Source: an uncultured virus (IMG/VR IMGVR_UViG_3300032053_000046) (taxonomy: Duplodnaviria; Heunggongvirae; Uroviricota; Caudoviricetes). From it: a stretch of 64,000 nucleotides of DNA. Below are positions 48,108-56,990 of this stretch, piece by piece (position 1 is the first letter of the stretch; each line of letters opens with the position of its first letter). The notes beneath the pieces are model-generated. The model saw only the letters and a program-made list of their open reading frames with translations. It ran no database searches and had not been told where the DNA came from. The stretch lies in IMG/VR virus record IMGVR_UViG_3300032053_000046, one strand, 5' to 3'. Position numbers and translations under genes: made by a program.

Positions 48108-49476
48108 TTACGTCAGCTATACAGCTACGGATTACGTCATTGCCTACTTGTTGGGCAGTGAGGTATTTGCTAACAAGTGTGCCTTGATACAGGCAATACT
48201 TCCTACTGTAGATGATCCTGTCCTAAAGAAAATCTCCACTCTTGTTGTGAAGGCAGGCACAGTACCTTCCCTGGACTATATGGTTGGGAGTTTGGGGTAC
48301 GTGGGGTCTGTGCCTCAGTTAAAAGATGGGATTAACTTAGCGGAATTTCTTGACCAAGTAGAGGGTCATCAAGAGAGCGTAAAGAAAGGTGAGTTATCAC
48401 GGAAGTTAGGGGAGATTTCCAAAGACATACAGAACCTATCAAGAGAGGACATTCTTACCAGACTCTCAAAGGTCTTGGAGTCAGTAAGTACCGTAAACGA
48501 GCAAAAGAAGTTTGACTATGCTGAGGCTTATCTGAAGCGTAAAGATGAGCCTGCCGGGATGTTGACATTTGTGAAAAATCTTGATGATGAGATGCGTGGT
48601 GTAGCTTTTGGAACCATGTACACGGTTGGGGGTTTTGCAGGACAAGGGAAGACATCTTTTGCAATTTCATCATCTTATGGTAATTCTACTAAGTGTGGGT
48701 TAAATGGAGTGTTTCTTTCATTTGAGATGCCGAAAGCGTTGCTCATATCTTACTACTTGTCAAGGCACTCAAAGCATGAAAAATTTCAGAAATTGTTCAG
48801 ACCTGTCCCGAAGGAGAAGTTGATCTTTGCAAACATGAACGCAGACGAAGAGAAGCATATCCTTGGTCCTGTACATGAGGATTTGTTTAATAATTCTGAG
48901 TATGGCAAGATAGAGTTTCTTGATATATCTGATTTCTCAAACACGTCTTTTTCAGGTATTATGTCACGGTTGATGAGGGTGAATTTTCCTATACATTACA
49001 TGGTTATAGACTATGCTCAGAAGTTTAAGTTCATTGCACCTCCGGGTATGGATGAACCAGCAAACAGGTATGTTTCATTTTTCAATAATATGTGTATGGA
49101 CTTCAACGGAAGATCATTCTCGTTGATGATGCTTTCACAGACAAACAGGACATGGTATGAGTTGGCGAGACAGCCGGGACGTGGGGGAACGGAGGGGTTG
49201 TATCCGCTTACAGCGTTGGCAGAGATAAATTCATTAGAGAGGGATTCAACGTATGTCTCGTTTGTTTATCTAAATGATTCATTGAAGCAGAGAAAAGAAA
49301 TGATGGTTAATCTTCCGAAGAACCGTTATGTAAACTCATTTGATAAGCCAGTGACCATACCATTTGACCCTGAGTTTTGTGTTGTTGGTGATGAACGTCA
49401 GGGTGTGGGTGATGCAGGTTCGATTGATTATTCGCAGTTGTTATTGACAAACACTCTTCCAAACTTTATGACGTAA
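48091..49476 (+). CDS. Replicative helicase, DnaB-like (SF4)
   Basis: GFAGQGKT, FLSFEM, VIDYAQ, LSQTNR, LERDS, KNRY. Confidence 0.9.
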   Translation: MPEQSSYVSYTATDYVIAYLLGSEVFANKCALIQAILPTVDDPVLKKISTLVVKAGTVPSLDYMVGSLGYVGSVPQLKDGINLAEFLDQVEGHQESVKKGELSRKLGEISKDIQNLSREDILTRLSKVLESVSTVNEQKKFDYAEAYLKRKDEPAGMLTFVKNLDDEMRGVAFGTMYTVGGFAGQGKTSFAISSSYGNSTKCGLNGVFLSFEMPKALLISYYLSRHSKHEKFQKLFRPVPKEKLIFANMNADEEKHILGPVHEDLFNNSEYGKIEFLDISDFSNTSFSGIMSRLMRVNFPIHYMVIDYAQKFKFIAPPGMDEPANRYVSFFNNMCMDFNGRSFSLMMLSQTNRTWYELARQPGRGGTEGLYPLTALAEINSLERDSTYVSFVYLNDSLKQRKEMMVNLPKNRYVNSFDKPVTIPFDPEFCVVGDERQGVGDAGSIDYSQLLLTNTLPNFMT

Positions 49477-49485
49477 GGAGGGGGT

Positions 49486-49662
49486 ATGCCAGTATTTTCT
49501 TTTCGTAATAAGACAGGAATTTCTGGGGTTATGATGGTTTTGACGATGATACTTTTGATGTGTGTAGCTCTTGTGACTGTAGAGGTTGTATTTTCTGCGG
49601 CACATCAGTTATTTGGGAAGAAGATTCATCAAGAAGTGATTCCTGCTTTGAAGCATCTTTGA
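49486..49662 (+). CDS. 58-aa membrane protein with prepilin-like N-terminus (not in ORF track)
   Basis: AAGGAGG RBS; MPVFSFRNKTG-ISGVMMVLTMILLMCVALVTVEVVFSAA... Confidence 0.65.
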   Translation: MPVFSFRNKTGISGVMMVLTMILLMCVALVTVEVVFSAAHQLFGKKIHQEVIPALKHL

Positions 49663-49692
49663 TTACCGGATTATTGGTTATGGGGTGCAGGG

Positions 49693-50136
49693 ATGAGTTT
49701 ACCAAAAGGAATATTGATACGGTGGGCAAACCATGATTTTAAGCTCCTGCCGTTGCTTGAGTTTGTGGGGTTACAGGAGCCGTGGGTAGGGCAGAACTGT
49801 TTTTGTCCTTTTCACGATGACGAGGCTGGTGGAAAGCGTTCTGGAAAGATTTTCAAAGAGTGTTTTCATTGTTTTTCAGAGGCAAAACAGTATCGTCCTT
49901 ATGACATCTTGGTATTTCTTGGATATTCCGATGTTGAAATAGAGAGAACACTAAGATCACGGGGGGATGTGCCGGAAGAGATAGCTTTAGGATTTACCAA
50001 TTTTGAACGTATAGATTTACGTGGGGACTTGCTTTTTGAGCGGTCTAAGTTTATGGCTGGTAAGTTGAAATTTCTTGATTACTCTAACATGGTTTGTACT
50101 TCTTTTGTAAGAACACTGAATAACAGGAAGATTTGA
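49693..50136 (+). CDS. Primase-type (CHC2-like) zinc-finger protein
   Basis: CFCPFHDD...S.KI...FHCFS; no TOPRIM domain. Confidence 0.75.
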   Translation: MSLPKGILIRWANHDFKLLPLLEFVGLQEPWVGQNCFCPFHDDEAGGKRSGKIFKECFHCFSEAKQYRPYDILVFLGYSDVEIERTLRSRGDVPEEIALGFTNFERIDLRGDLLFERSKFMAGKLKFLDYSNMVCTSFVRTLNNRKI

Positions 50137-50139
50137 TTT

Positions 50140-52323
50140 ATGGCTGTAGGTAAAGATGTAAGACAAAAGGGATATGTCCACTGGTTTGCACCTGCAAAGC
50201 CAGACCCGAACTATCCTTCCGGTCAGGAGAGGAGATTGATAACTACTGATGACCAGTTACGGGCATTGGTTGCGGCTGCACATGCCTTTCAGCCTGAGAT
50301 GATAGCGATTGATACAGAAACAACAGGGTTGAATATAGAAAAGGAAAATATTGTTGGTATTTCAATGGCGATAAGCAGGACTCAGGCGTTCTATATGCCA
50401 GTGGGTCATTTCAACGGTCAGAATGTTTCAATGGACTTGGCTTTGCAGGTTGTGGCGGCTTTCTGTAGTCATGCAAAGAGGGTATTGTTTTACAATTACA
50501 GGTTTGACTACCGTTTCTTAAAGAAGGCGGGGTTGGGTAAGTTTTACGATCTTGAAAAGTTGCCATACTTCGATATGTCAGTTGTTGTTTACAATGCTGA
50601 CACAAATATAGCAATGCCAAGCCTGAAGTGGGCTGCACTACATTTCCTTGGGTGGAAGATGCGGACCTTCGAGGAGGTCATGCAGACTGAGGCTGACGTT
50701 GGAGATGCTGGTGGTGGGGACGTGCCGACAGAAGAGATCCCAGAGGCCGGGGAAGACTTTGGGAAGAAAACAGAAGCAGCTACCAACTTCGCTTACAATG
50801 ATCCGAACGAGTGCTTTGAGTATGCGTGTGATGATGTTCTTGCTCCATACAACTTGATTTATGTGATGTACAACATCTACAATGAATGTAAGTTTGTAAA
50901 CGACATAGACAATCAGGTTCTTGTTCCGTTAATGGTAATGGAAGATGACCCTTTTAAGATTAACAAAGACATGATTTTGAAGTTAGATGCAGATGTTACT
51001 AACACACTCGCAAATTTATCTGCGGAAATCTTTACTCAGTTTGGGTATAACTTTGGGTTAGGTTCCCCGAAGCAGGTCTTACAGGCTTTGGCAACTATTG
51101 GAATCACACCATCCAAGAGGACGAAATCAGGTAAGAGCGTATCAACAGATGAAGAGGCGTTAGAGGAGATACAAGACGAGCATCCTGTTATACCTTTGTT
51201 AATGAAGTATAAAAAATTGAAAAAGTTTGAGACAACATATTGTAAGCCGTTTTTGAATGAGTGGAGAGAGGATTTAGGAGGGGCAGTAAGATTTGCTTAT
51301 AAGTACAATGCAACACCCTCTGGTAGGTTTGCCTCTGGTTCTGATGCAAAGAACAAGTATTATTGTAAAATAAATGGGCAAGCTATTCCTAAGCCGCACT
51401 CACAGTATTATAATGCAGTGGTAGTGAATACACCAGTAGACTCCCCGGATTTGTTTTCATTTCTTGGGTATCATTTTGAGAAGGTAGATGGTAAGGAGGG
51501 GGTGGAAGGATGTTCCCTTGAGGAGAATGTTCGTGCTGCTTATATGCCTAATTATCCTTACCATCTACTTGTTTCAATAGATTATTCCTCACAAGAACTC
51601 AGGATTCCCGCTAATTTAGCAAATGAACCAGTATGGATTGATGCATTTACTACAGGTAAGGATGTTCATGTGTCAACGGCTATGACTTGTATATGTCATG
51701 GTGATGAGTCGTTGTATAACAGAGAGGTAAGGAAGACAGCGAAGGTGTTAAATTTTGGGAGCTTATATGGTGGGTCAGCCAAGTCATTTTCAAGGCAGCT
51801 TGGTATACCTGAGAATGAGGCACAGGTATTACTTGACAATTGGTGGGGTAATCTTTTAGGAATCCGTAGTTGGAGTAATGGTGTGAAGGCTTATGGGAGA
51901 CAGTACGGTGAAGTTTCAACATATTTTGGGCGTAAGAGAAGGGTGAGGTATTGGTACAGTTCTGGAAACCGTAGGTTGGAAGGATATGCAGATAGAACTG
52001 CTGTGAATCACTCTGTTCAAGGAACAGCAGCAGATATGATGAGAATAGCTTTAATAAAAATATATAACTCTTGTAGGAAGTGGATTGGAAAAGAAGACGG
52101 GATTTTTCTGAAATCGTCAATACATGATGAGATAAACTTCTCTATTGACGCAAGAGATCCTGTCAGGTTTACGGAGATGGTGTTGACTCTACAAGACATT
52201 ATGCAGATTAAGATACCGGAGTGGAAGGTGCCTATGCTTGCGGAGATTTCTATTGGAAGGTCATGGGGGACGATGTTTCCATTTACTTATACAAACGGAA
52301 TGTGGGTTCCGAAGAAAGGGTGA
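50140..52323 (+). CDS. polA: DNA polymerase family A with 3'-5' exonuclease
   Basis: AIDTETTGL, YACDD, SGRFAS, DYSSQELRI, RKTAKVLNFGSLYG, NHSVQGTAAD, IHDE. Confidence 0.96.
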   Translation: MAVGKDVRQKGYVHWFAPAKPDPNYPSGQERRLITTDDQLRALVAAAHAFQPEMIAIDTETTGLNIEKENIVGISMAISRTQAFYMPVGHFNGQNVSMDLALQVVAAFCSHAKRVLFYNYRFDYRFLKKAGLGKFYDLEKLPYFDMSVVVYNADTNIAMPSLKWAALHFLGWKMRTFEEVMQTEADVGDAGGGDVPTEEIPEAGEDFGKKTEAATNFAYNDPNECFEYACDDVLAPYNLIYVMYNIYNECKFVNDIDNQVLVPLMVMEDDPFKINKDMILKLDADVTNTLANLSAEIFTQFGYNFGLGSPKQVLQALATIGITPSKRTKSGKSVSTDEEALEEIQDEHPVIPLLMKYKKLKKFETTYCKPFLNEWREDLGGAVRFAYKYNATPSGRFASGSDAKNKYYCKINGQAIPKPHSQYYNAVVVNTPVDSPDLFSFLGYHFEKVDGKEGVEGCSLEENVRAAYMPNYPYHLLVSIDYSSQELRIPANLANEPVWIDAFTTGKDVHVSTAMTCICHGDESLYNREVRKTAKVLNFGSLYGGSAKSFSRQLGIPENEAQVLLDNWWGNLLGIRSWSNGVKAYGRQYGEVSTYFGRKRRVRYWYSSGNRRLEGYADRTAVNHSVQGTAADMMRIALIKIYNSCRKWIGKEDGIFLKSSIHDEINFSIDARDPVRFTEMVLTLQDIMQIKIPEWKVPMLAEISIGRSWGTMFPFTYTNGMWVPKKG

Positions 52324-52325
52324 TT

Positions 52326-52598
52326 ATGCTGGTGTTGAAAAAGGGTCAACCGTTTATTTTGACGTTTAAGACCCCTTTTACTTCTATCTACAAGAAGTAT
52401 GTAAGTATTCATGTTTCTAAAGAGATGCATGGTGATTTTGTACTTGTGGAGAGGGGCGTCTTGGTTGATGGTAGTTCTGTAGTTGTTACTATGGAGGAAG
52501 AAGATAAAAATTGTCAGTATGGGTGGGTAAGGTTTTCGTATTGTGATCTTTCGAGATCGAAGATTTTTTCTTCTAAGTTGATGTATAGGGTGGTGTGA
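52326..52598 (+). CDS. Hypothetical protein
   Basis: ATG just after the polymerase stop. Confidence 0.55.
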   Translation: MLVLKKGQPFILTFKTPFTSIYKKYVSIHVSKEMHGDFVLVERGVLVDGSSVVVTMEEEDKNCQYGWVRFSYCDLSRSKIFSSKLMYRVV

Positions 52599-52599
52599 T

Positions 52600-52800
52600 A
52601 TGAGGGATGTGGGTGTTGTTAAAAAAGGTGAGAGTGTTCATAATGCTCTTTCTGATGAAGAAAAGGCCGAAGATGAGGCTATTGATCGTGCTGCTAAAGA
52701 CCCGTGCATAGAGTGTAAGATAAAGGATGATCTATTTTGTCGGATGTGTGCGAAGAAGAAGAGACACAAGAGAATCCTGAAATTTTTAGGGGAAGATTGA
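52600..52800 (+). CDS. Small CxxC..CxxC protein
   Basis: CIEC...CRMC; coupled to neighbours. Confidence 0.6.
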   Translation: MRDVGVVKKGESVHNALSDEEKAEDEAIDRAAKDPCIECKIKDDLFCRMCAKKKRHKRILKFLGED

Positions 52801-53324
52801 TGCATTTTGTCTTGATTAGGTTGGGTAATGAGACGTATCGTGAGCACAGGGATGTTTGTGTAAGCCGGGCTATTGAGCTTGCGAATCAGAATGGTCATAC
52901 CTACTCGATTGTGACAGACGTAGAAAGAGACAGGTACATAAAACCGCACGACCTAAGAAGTCCTTTGTGTAGTGTATCAGAATTATCTGATATAGTACGA
53001 TTCAAAATGGCTTGTGAGATACCGGACCTTTTATATCTTGATACTGATTGTTATTTGAGGTCTATCCCGGTATTTGATAAGAAGGACAAACCGTATTTTG
53101 TGTTTGGGGATATTTTTATCTTCTATGTAAACAACTGTTGTAACATGTTTTCTGAGTGGCTTGATAGGAGAAGAAAGAAGTTTATGGGAAGTGCTACTTG
53201 GTTTTTTCATGCTATAGATTATTTTAATGAGTGCTATATTATACCCGATGCTTGTTATGTGCATGGCTTCTTTACAACTCAGGGTATTCGGGCAGGTCTT
53301 CAAAGATTAGAGGTGGTCAGATGA
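52800..53324 (+). CDS. Glycosyltransferase-like protein (DXD sugar-binding, GT32-like)
   Basis: SDIVRF....LLYLDTD motif; TGATG coupling. Confidence 0.6.
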   Translation: MHFVLIRLGNETYREHRDVCVSRAIELANQNGHTYSIVTDVERDRYIKPHDLRSPLCSVSELSDIVRFKMACEIPDLLYLDTDCYLRSIPVFDKKDKPYFVFGDIFIFYVNNCCNMFSEWLDRRRKKFMGSATWFFHAIDYFNECYIIPDACYVHGFFTTQGIRAGLQRLEVVR

Positions 53325-53542
53325 GTTTTCCTGTGAATGTGGATAGGATTATTGTTTACAGCAGGGAAGGGTTTGATACTGATGTTGTCCAGTTTTTGAC
53401 AAATTATTCAAACCCGAAGGTTTACTTTGGTGGTATACGGGAAAAGGGTGGTCTTATTATGCAGTTTGAGACTACAAAGGATTATGGTGTTGAGTATGTA
53501 AGGACTGTGTTTGGAATTGAACCAGAAACAAGGGGTGTCTGA
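53321..53542 (+). CDS. Hypothetical protein
   Basis: GAGGTG RBS, ATGA overlap. Confidence 0.55.
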   Translation: MSFPVNVDRIIVYSREGFDTDVVQFLTNYSNPKVYFGGIREKGGLIMQFETTKDYGVEYVRTVFGIEPETRGV

Positions 53543-53988
53543 TGGCAGTAGGACTAAATATTCTGTCGTGTGCGAGTGTTGAGATAATGTGGGAGAATAC
53601 TATCTTCGAGGGCAGTTCTGGGAAGATATACCCATCTGCTATCAATTATTTGGAAATGGCAGTTGCTACTTGTATAGGTCGTGGGATCACAGCTTACATC
53701 GTGGATAAGGGAATACGTGATGGTGGATTGTTTTTTGATGCGGTGCAGGGTTTTGGGGACATCGGGATAGATGTCTCTGAGCAAGAGGTGAAGGAAGAAG
53801 CTGACGATGCTGATTGGATTGTGAATATAGTTTGTACTACGAAGAGTTCTGAGCTTGCAGATGTCCTTACTGCAATATGTGATGATTGTACTATCCTGAA
53901 GATGTTGATTGTAGATGTTGCTTTGAATTTTGTAAATAACCCATATCTCAACTCTGATGAGATTCCAGAAGGAGAGTTGCCTGTATGA
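53542..53988 (+). CDS. Hypothetical acidic protein
   Basis: Coupled ORF, D/E-rich. Confidence 0.6.
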   Translation: MAVGLNILSCASVEIMWENTIFEGSSGKIYPSAINYLEMAVATCIGRGITAYIVDKGIRDGGLFFDAVQGFGDIGIDVSEQEVKEEADDADWIVNIVCTTKSSELADVLTAICDDCTILKMLIVDVALNFVNNPYLNSDEIPEGELPV

Positions 53989-54197
53989 CCTTGCTTATTG
54001 GAAAAAATTATGTGTTAGACGGTCGCCCTGTGAAGTGTGTGGCTTCGATAACTCGGCCTACTTTTGTGATGGAGTTTCAGGATCAGGAGTCGGTGTACGG
54101 TGGTGTGTTTCAGAGAGAGGTTATGGCTGGTCAATCAAATCAGTTTGTGGTATGTGAGTCTTCTCCTATTGTCAATGATATGAAGGAGAGTGTCTGA
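53985..54197 (+). CDS. Hypothetical protein
   Basis: ATGA/TGATG coupling on both sides. Confidence 0.55.
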   Translation: MTLLIGKNYVLDGRPVKCVASITRPTFVMEFQDQESVYGGVFQREVMAGQSNQFVVCESSPIVNDMKESV

Positions 54198-54712
54198 TGG
54201 TTACGAAGGAAGATGTTTATGCTTGTAGGTATTGCCTTGGTACGAAGGAGTTCAAGATTGAAGACGATAATTTTGAAAAAATTAACGCCGAGGCGAGAGC
54301 AGCCCGGAAGTGTCTGGGATGTGGCCGGAGTTTGGTTGTAGCGGACATGATTAAGATTATTGGCCCATATATAATGATTGAGCCTATTCAAAAAGAAGTT
54401 AAAACAAAGGTAGGGTTGATTATCCCCTCTACGTGTTGGCGTGTGTGGAGAATTGGTAGGGTGGTCCGGCTTGGGGGTCCGTCTGTGTACTGGTCGCAAG
54501 GTGGGGGTAAAAGAAACTCGTTTGGTCAGCAGGTAGTGGAGGTGCCAAAGGGACGAATGTACCACTGTCCTAACGTGGTTGTGGGGGATATAGTGATGTT
54601 CCAGGACTTGGCGGTGCGTTCGATCAATGCCGGGTGCAATGAATATTTTTTGATTCATTACGATGATGTGGAGTTGAAGATGGACTCTATGGATGATCTA
54701 ATGCCTATGTAA
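54197..54712 (+). CDS. GroES-like co-chaperonin with N-terminal zinc finger
   Basis: IMIEP...KTKVGLIIP, G.VV.LG, VVVGDIVMF, YFLIHYDDV; N-terminal CRYC...CLGC. Confidence 0.8.
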   Translation: MVTKEDVYACRYCLGTKEFKIEDDNFEKINAEARAARKCLGCGRSLVVADMIKIIGPYIMIEPIQKEVKTKVGLIIPSTCWRVWRIGRVVRLGGPSVYWSQGGGKRNSFGQQVVEVPKGRMYHCPNVVVGDIVMFQDLAVRSINAGCNEYFLIHYDDVELKMDSMDDLMPM

Positions 54713-54713
54713 A

Positions 54714-54802
54714 TCAATCACTTACAACCCTCAAAAGTTTTTGAAGATTTCTATTGACAAGCATCCAAATAAGGTGTATATTAAAGGTGTAAGAGAGACA
54801 GG
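54714..54802 (+). promoter_or_regulatory. Early sigma70-type promoter cassette, copy 1
   Basis: TTGACA(54754)-17-TATATT; 62 bp identical to 61627-61688. Confidence 0.9.
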
Positions 54803-54853
54803 GGAGAGACGGGAAAGAGACGGGAAAGAGAAGAAAAAATAAGGGAGGTAAAG

Positions 54854-55114
54854 ATGTCAGAAGCGAAGAGAGTTACGGGGAAGATGAGTTACAAGTCGTA
54901 CAGGTGCCTCAAGTGTGGGGCGGTGAGTTCGCACCAGACTAATCACTATGGAGAGATTTACCCGCGTTGTGGTGAGTGTGGATGGAAGCGACCGTTTGAG
55001 AAAGGTCAGCCGCACCAGTGCTTAGATCCAGTGCCGGAGGGGTGGGATGTTCCTGAGCCGTGGAAGATGGTAAGGCTCAGAGACATTATGGAGTTGGTCA
55101 AAGATTTTTCGTGA
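54854..55114 (+). CDS. Zn-ribbon early protein
   Basis: GGGAGG RBS; CLKC...TNHYGEIY..CGEC. Confidence 0.75.
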   Translation: MSEAKRVTGKMSYKSYRCLKCGAVSSHQTNHYGEIYPRCGECGWKRPFEKGQPHQCLDPVPEGWDVPEPWKMVRLRDIMELVKDFS

Positions 55115-55120
55115 TTCTAC

Positions 55121-55149
55121 TTGACATTGCTTCTGGTTTGTGGTATATT
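55121..55149 (+). promoter_or_regulatory. Early sigma70-type promoter
   Basis: TTGACA-17-TATATT with TGn extension. Confidence 0.85.
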
Positions 55150-55190
55150 AGAGATGTAAGAGGGGAAAGAAGAAAAATTGGAGGTTTGGT

Positions 55191-55295
55191 GTGGGTGTTT
55201 TTCTTGTTTTGGTCTTAATGGTTTTTGTGGTTGTCTCTTTGGTTCGCGGGGCTGTCCGTGACTTCAAAGCCGGATACCATGAGGGGTCCAAATGA
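55191..55295 (+). CDS. 34-aa membrane peptide (not in ORF track)
   Basis: GGAGG RBS; MGVFLVLVLMVFVVVSLVRG... Confidence 0.55.
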   Translation: MGVFLVLVLMVFVVVSLVRGAVRDFKAGYHEGSK

Positions 55296-55471
55296 AGAAC
55301 ACCTTTGATCCTGTCAGTTACTTTCGTCCTTTCTTGTGTGGTACTCGAAGAGTGACCTATGAGGTGGGGCGGTACGTGGTTCGTGGTGCTACGGATGATC
55401 GGTTAATTGCCACTTATTTAGACAAGCAATCGGCTATCAATCACGCAGTCAATTCCAGCAATCGGAAGTGA
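55292..55471 (+). CDS. 59-aa hypothetical protein (not in ORF track)
   Basis: GAGGGG RBS, ATGA overlap; MKNTFDPVSYF... Confidence 0.55.
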   Translation: MKNTFDPVSYFRPFLCGTRRVTYEVGRYVVRGATDDRLIATYLDKQSAINHAVNSSNRK

Positions 55472-55479
55472 GGTTGTTT

Positions 55480-55644
55480 GTGACTGTGAAGAATCCTTCG
55501 TGGGCGGTGCAGGAAGAGTTACTGTCTGACGGGTCAAAAGCGTATAATGTGAGGAACGCTTACGCAGACATAACAATACATGCACGGAACCAAGAAGCTG
55601 CTATACAGATAGAGTATTACCTGAACGAGGGTTCTGTTGACTAA
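55480..55644 (+). CDS. 54-aa hypothetical protein (not in ORF track)
   Basis: GAGG RBS; MTVKNPSWAVQEELLSDGSKAYNV... Confidence 0.55.
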   Translation: MTVKNPSWAVQEELLSDGSKAYNVRNAYADITIHARNQEAAIQIEYYLNEGSVD

Positions 55645-55828
55645 GGGAGTGACGAAGTGGGAGGTACTTGTGATTTGTGATCAATACAAACGCGACCCAT
55701 TAAACTGTGATGGTTGCGTGCCAGTTTCGTATATACAGTGTGAACGTCCATCACCGTTGGTATTAACGGAGAAGGTAGAGGAGGATTACGAAGATTACGA
55801 CTCCCATCCTAATTCTGTGAATTGTTGA
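55637..55828 (+). CDS. Small Cys-containing hypothetical protein
   Basis: ORF follows the cluster; start uncertain. Confidence 0.45.
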   Translation: MTKGVTKWEVLVICDQYKRDPLNCDGCVPVSYIQCERPSPLVLTEKVEEDYEDYDSHPNSVNC

Positions 55829-55850
55829 AGATTTTTGTTGAAGACTTTTA

Positions 55851-55947
55851 TAGAATGGTGTGGAAATTCCGTCTAAGGGATGCGATCAAGCGACGGCGGT
55901 TCTTAGACAACAACCGTATCGGGCAGGTTGCCTTCCACACCATTTTA
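55851..55947 (+). ncRNA. Putative structured ncRNA, element 1
   Basis: 15-bp closing stem TAGAATGGTGTGGAA/TTCCACACCATTTTA with two inner hairpins. Confidence 0.6.
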
Positions 55948-55957
55948 CAGAAGTTTT

Positions 55958-56079
55958 TGGCAGTAGACAACGGCAAAGGCTTGATTTGAGAAGGATGGTT
56001 GTGGAGTACAGGGCTTGGTTACAGCAATGTAACTGAAGCATAAGTCTTTTGTTGACGATCAGGCTAACGTCTACTGCCA
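55958..56079 (+). ncRNA. Putative structured ncRNA, element 2
   Basis: 11-bp perfect closing stem TGGCAGTAGAC/GTCTACTGCCA; GGTTACA-gcaa-TGTAACT GNRA hairpin. Confidence 0.6.
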
Positions 56080-56090
56080 TTTTGTTCTTT

Positions 56091-56251
56091 GAGAGGTTGA
56101 CAGCTTACAGATCCTCTGACCGTAAATGGCATGTGGGTGATGAGCAAATTTTTCACAAGGCTAAAACAGTGGGAAAGTTGCAGATTTCCAACTGATAAAT
56201 CCTTGGCCCCTGCAAGGGCTTCGCTTCGCTCGGCGGTGTTGTCAACCTTTC
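56091..56251 (+). ncRNA. Putative structured ncRNA, element 3
   Basis: 14-bp closing stem GAGAGGTTGACAGC/GTTGTCAACCTTTC; multibranch interior. Confidence 0.6.
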
Positions 56252-56279
56252 TTTTTAACTTTTAAGAAAAGGATGTTGT

Positions 56280-56801
56280 ATGTCAACGAGAGCGGTGATG
56301 ATTGGTCTGCTTGTTGAGTCGGATGAGGACAAGAAGGGGCTTTACGGCGGTTTTGTTGAGTTGGGTTTTACTTCTCCGAAGATCATTCACCAGTTTAATA
56401 CTATGCCCGGAAAGGGTGGTGAAGGTGGACGAAGTGATGTTCTTGTTGAGTTTGATGACAAGGATATTCCGAAGCTCGCCATACATCCAATGCATCTTCA
56501 GGGTGGTTTTTCTTGGGATGATGATTATTTTCGGAATAATCGGGAGTTGATACCTTCCGAGTCTCTTCAGTATTTTCAAAAACAAGTGACTGAGGAGTCT
56601 CCGAAGGTAGAGGTTTTGAAGCCTGAGTGTAAGCTGCTTGAGGGTGATGGTAATGTGTTTGTTCTTGCCGGGAAGGTGGGTAAGACTCTCAATCGGGCTG
56701 GTCTTGGTGATAGGGCAGACGAGTTTTACGAGAGGTTGCCAAGATGTGACGGGTATCACGAGGCAATAAACCTGATGAGTGAGTACGTTGAAATCGTATA
56801 A
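56280..56801 (+). CDS. Two-domain hypothetical protein
   Basis: AAGGA RBS; C-terminal KPECKL..GDGNVF.LAG.V..TL.RAG...Y.EA......YV module common in phages. Confidence 0.7.
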   Translation: MSTRAVMIGLLVESDEDKKGLYGGFVELGFTSPKIIHQFNTMPGKGGEGGRSDVLVEFDDKDIPKLAIHPMHLQGGFSWDDDYFRNNRELIPSESLQYFQKQVTEESPKVEVLKPECKLLEGDGNVFVLAGKVGKTLNRAGLGDRADEFYERLPRCDGYHEAINLMSEYVEIV

Positions 56802-56802
56802 C

Positions 56803-56971
56803 AAGAGAAACAAGTAATAGGGTGTGGCAAAGGTGGGAACATTGTTGACTGCCATCTTTCGGGATGACTTTCAGCACTTTTTGAGGGAACCCTTTCTTGT
56901 CTGCAAAGTGCAAACCAGCTTCCGATAATGTAGGGAGTAAACGTGCAGAACCCTGTTATCTTGTTTCTTTT
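56803..56971 (+). ncRNA. Putative structured ncRNA, element 4
   Basis: ~20-bp closing stem AAGAGAAACAAG-TAATAGGGT/ACCCTGTTA-t-CTTGTTTCTTTT; UUCG hairpin; GCACTTT/AAAGTGC. Confidence 0.6.
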
Positions 56972-56990
56972 TTGATTTTGGAGGATTTAT

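Noticed and set aside
50140..52323. Intein or intron in polA or the helicases
   Set aside because: ORFs are continuous and of normal size; inserts are short and lack splicing motifs
56772..56793. CTGATGA...GAAA hammerhead-like core
   Set aside because: Stem II cannot form properly and the site is inside a coding region
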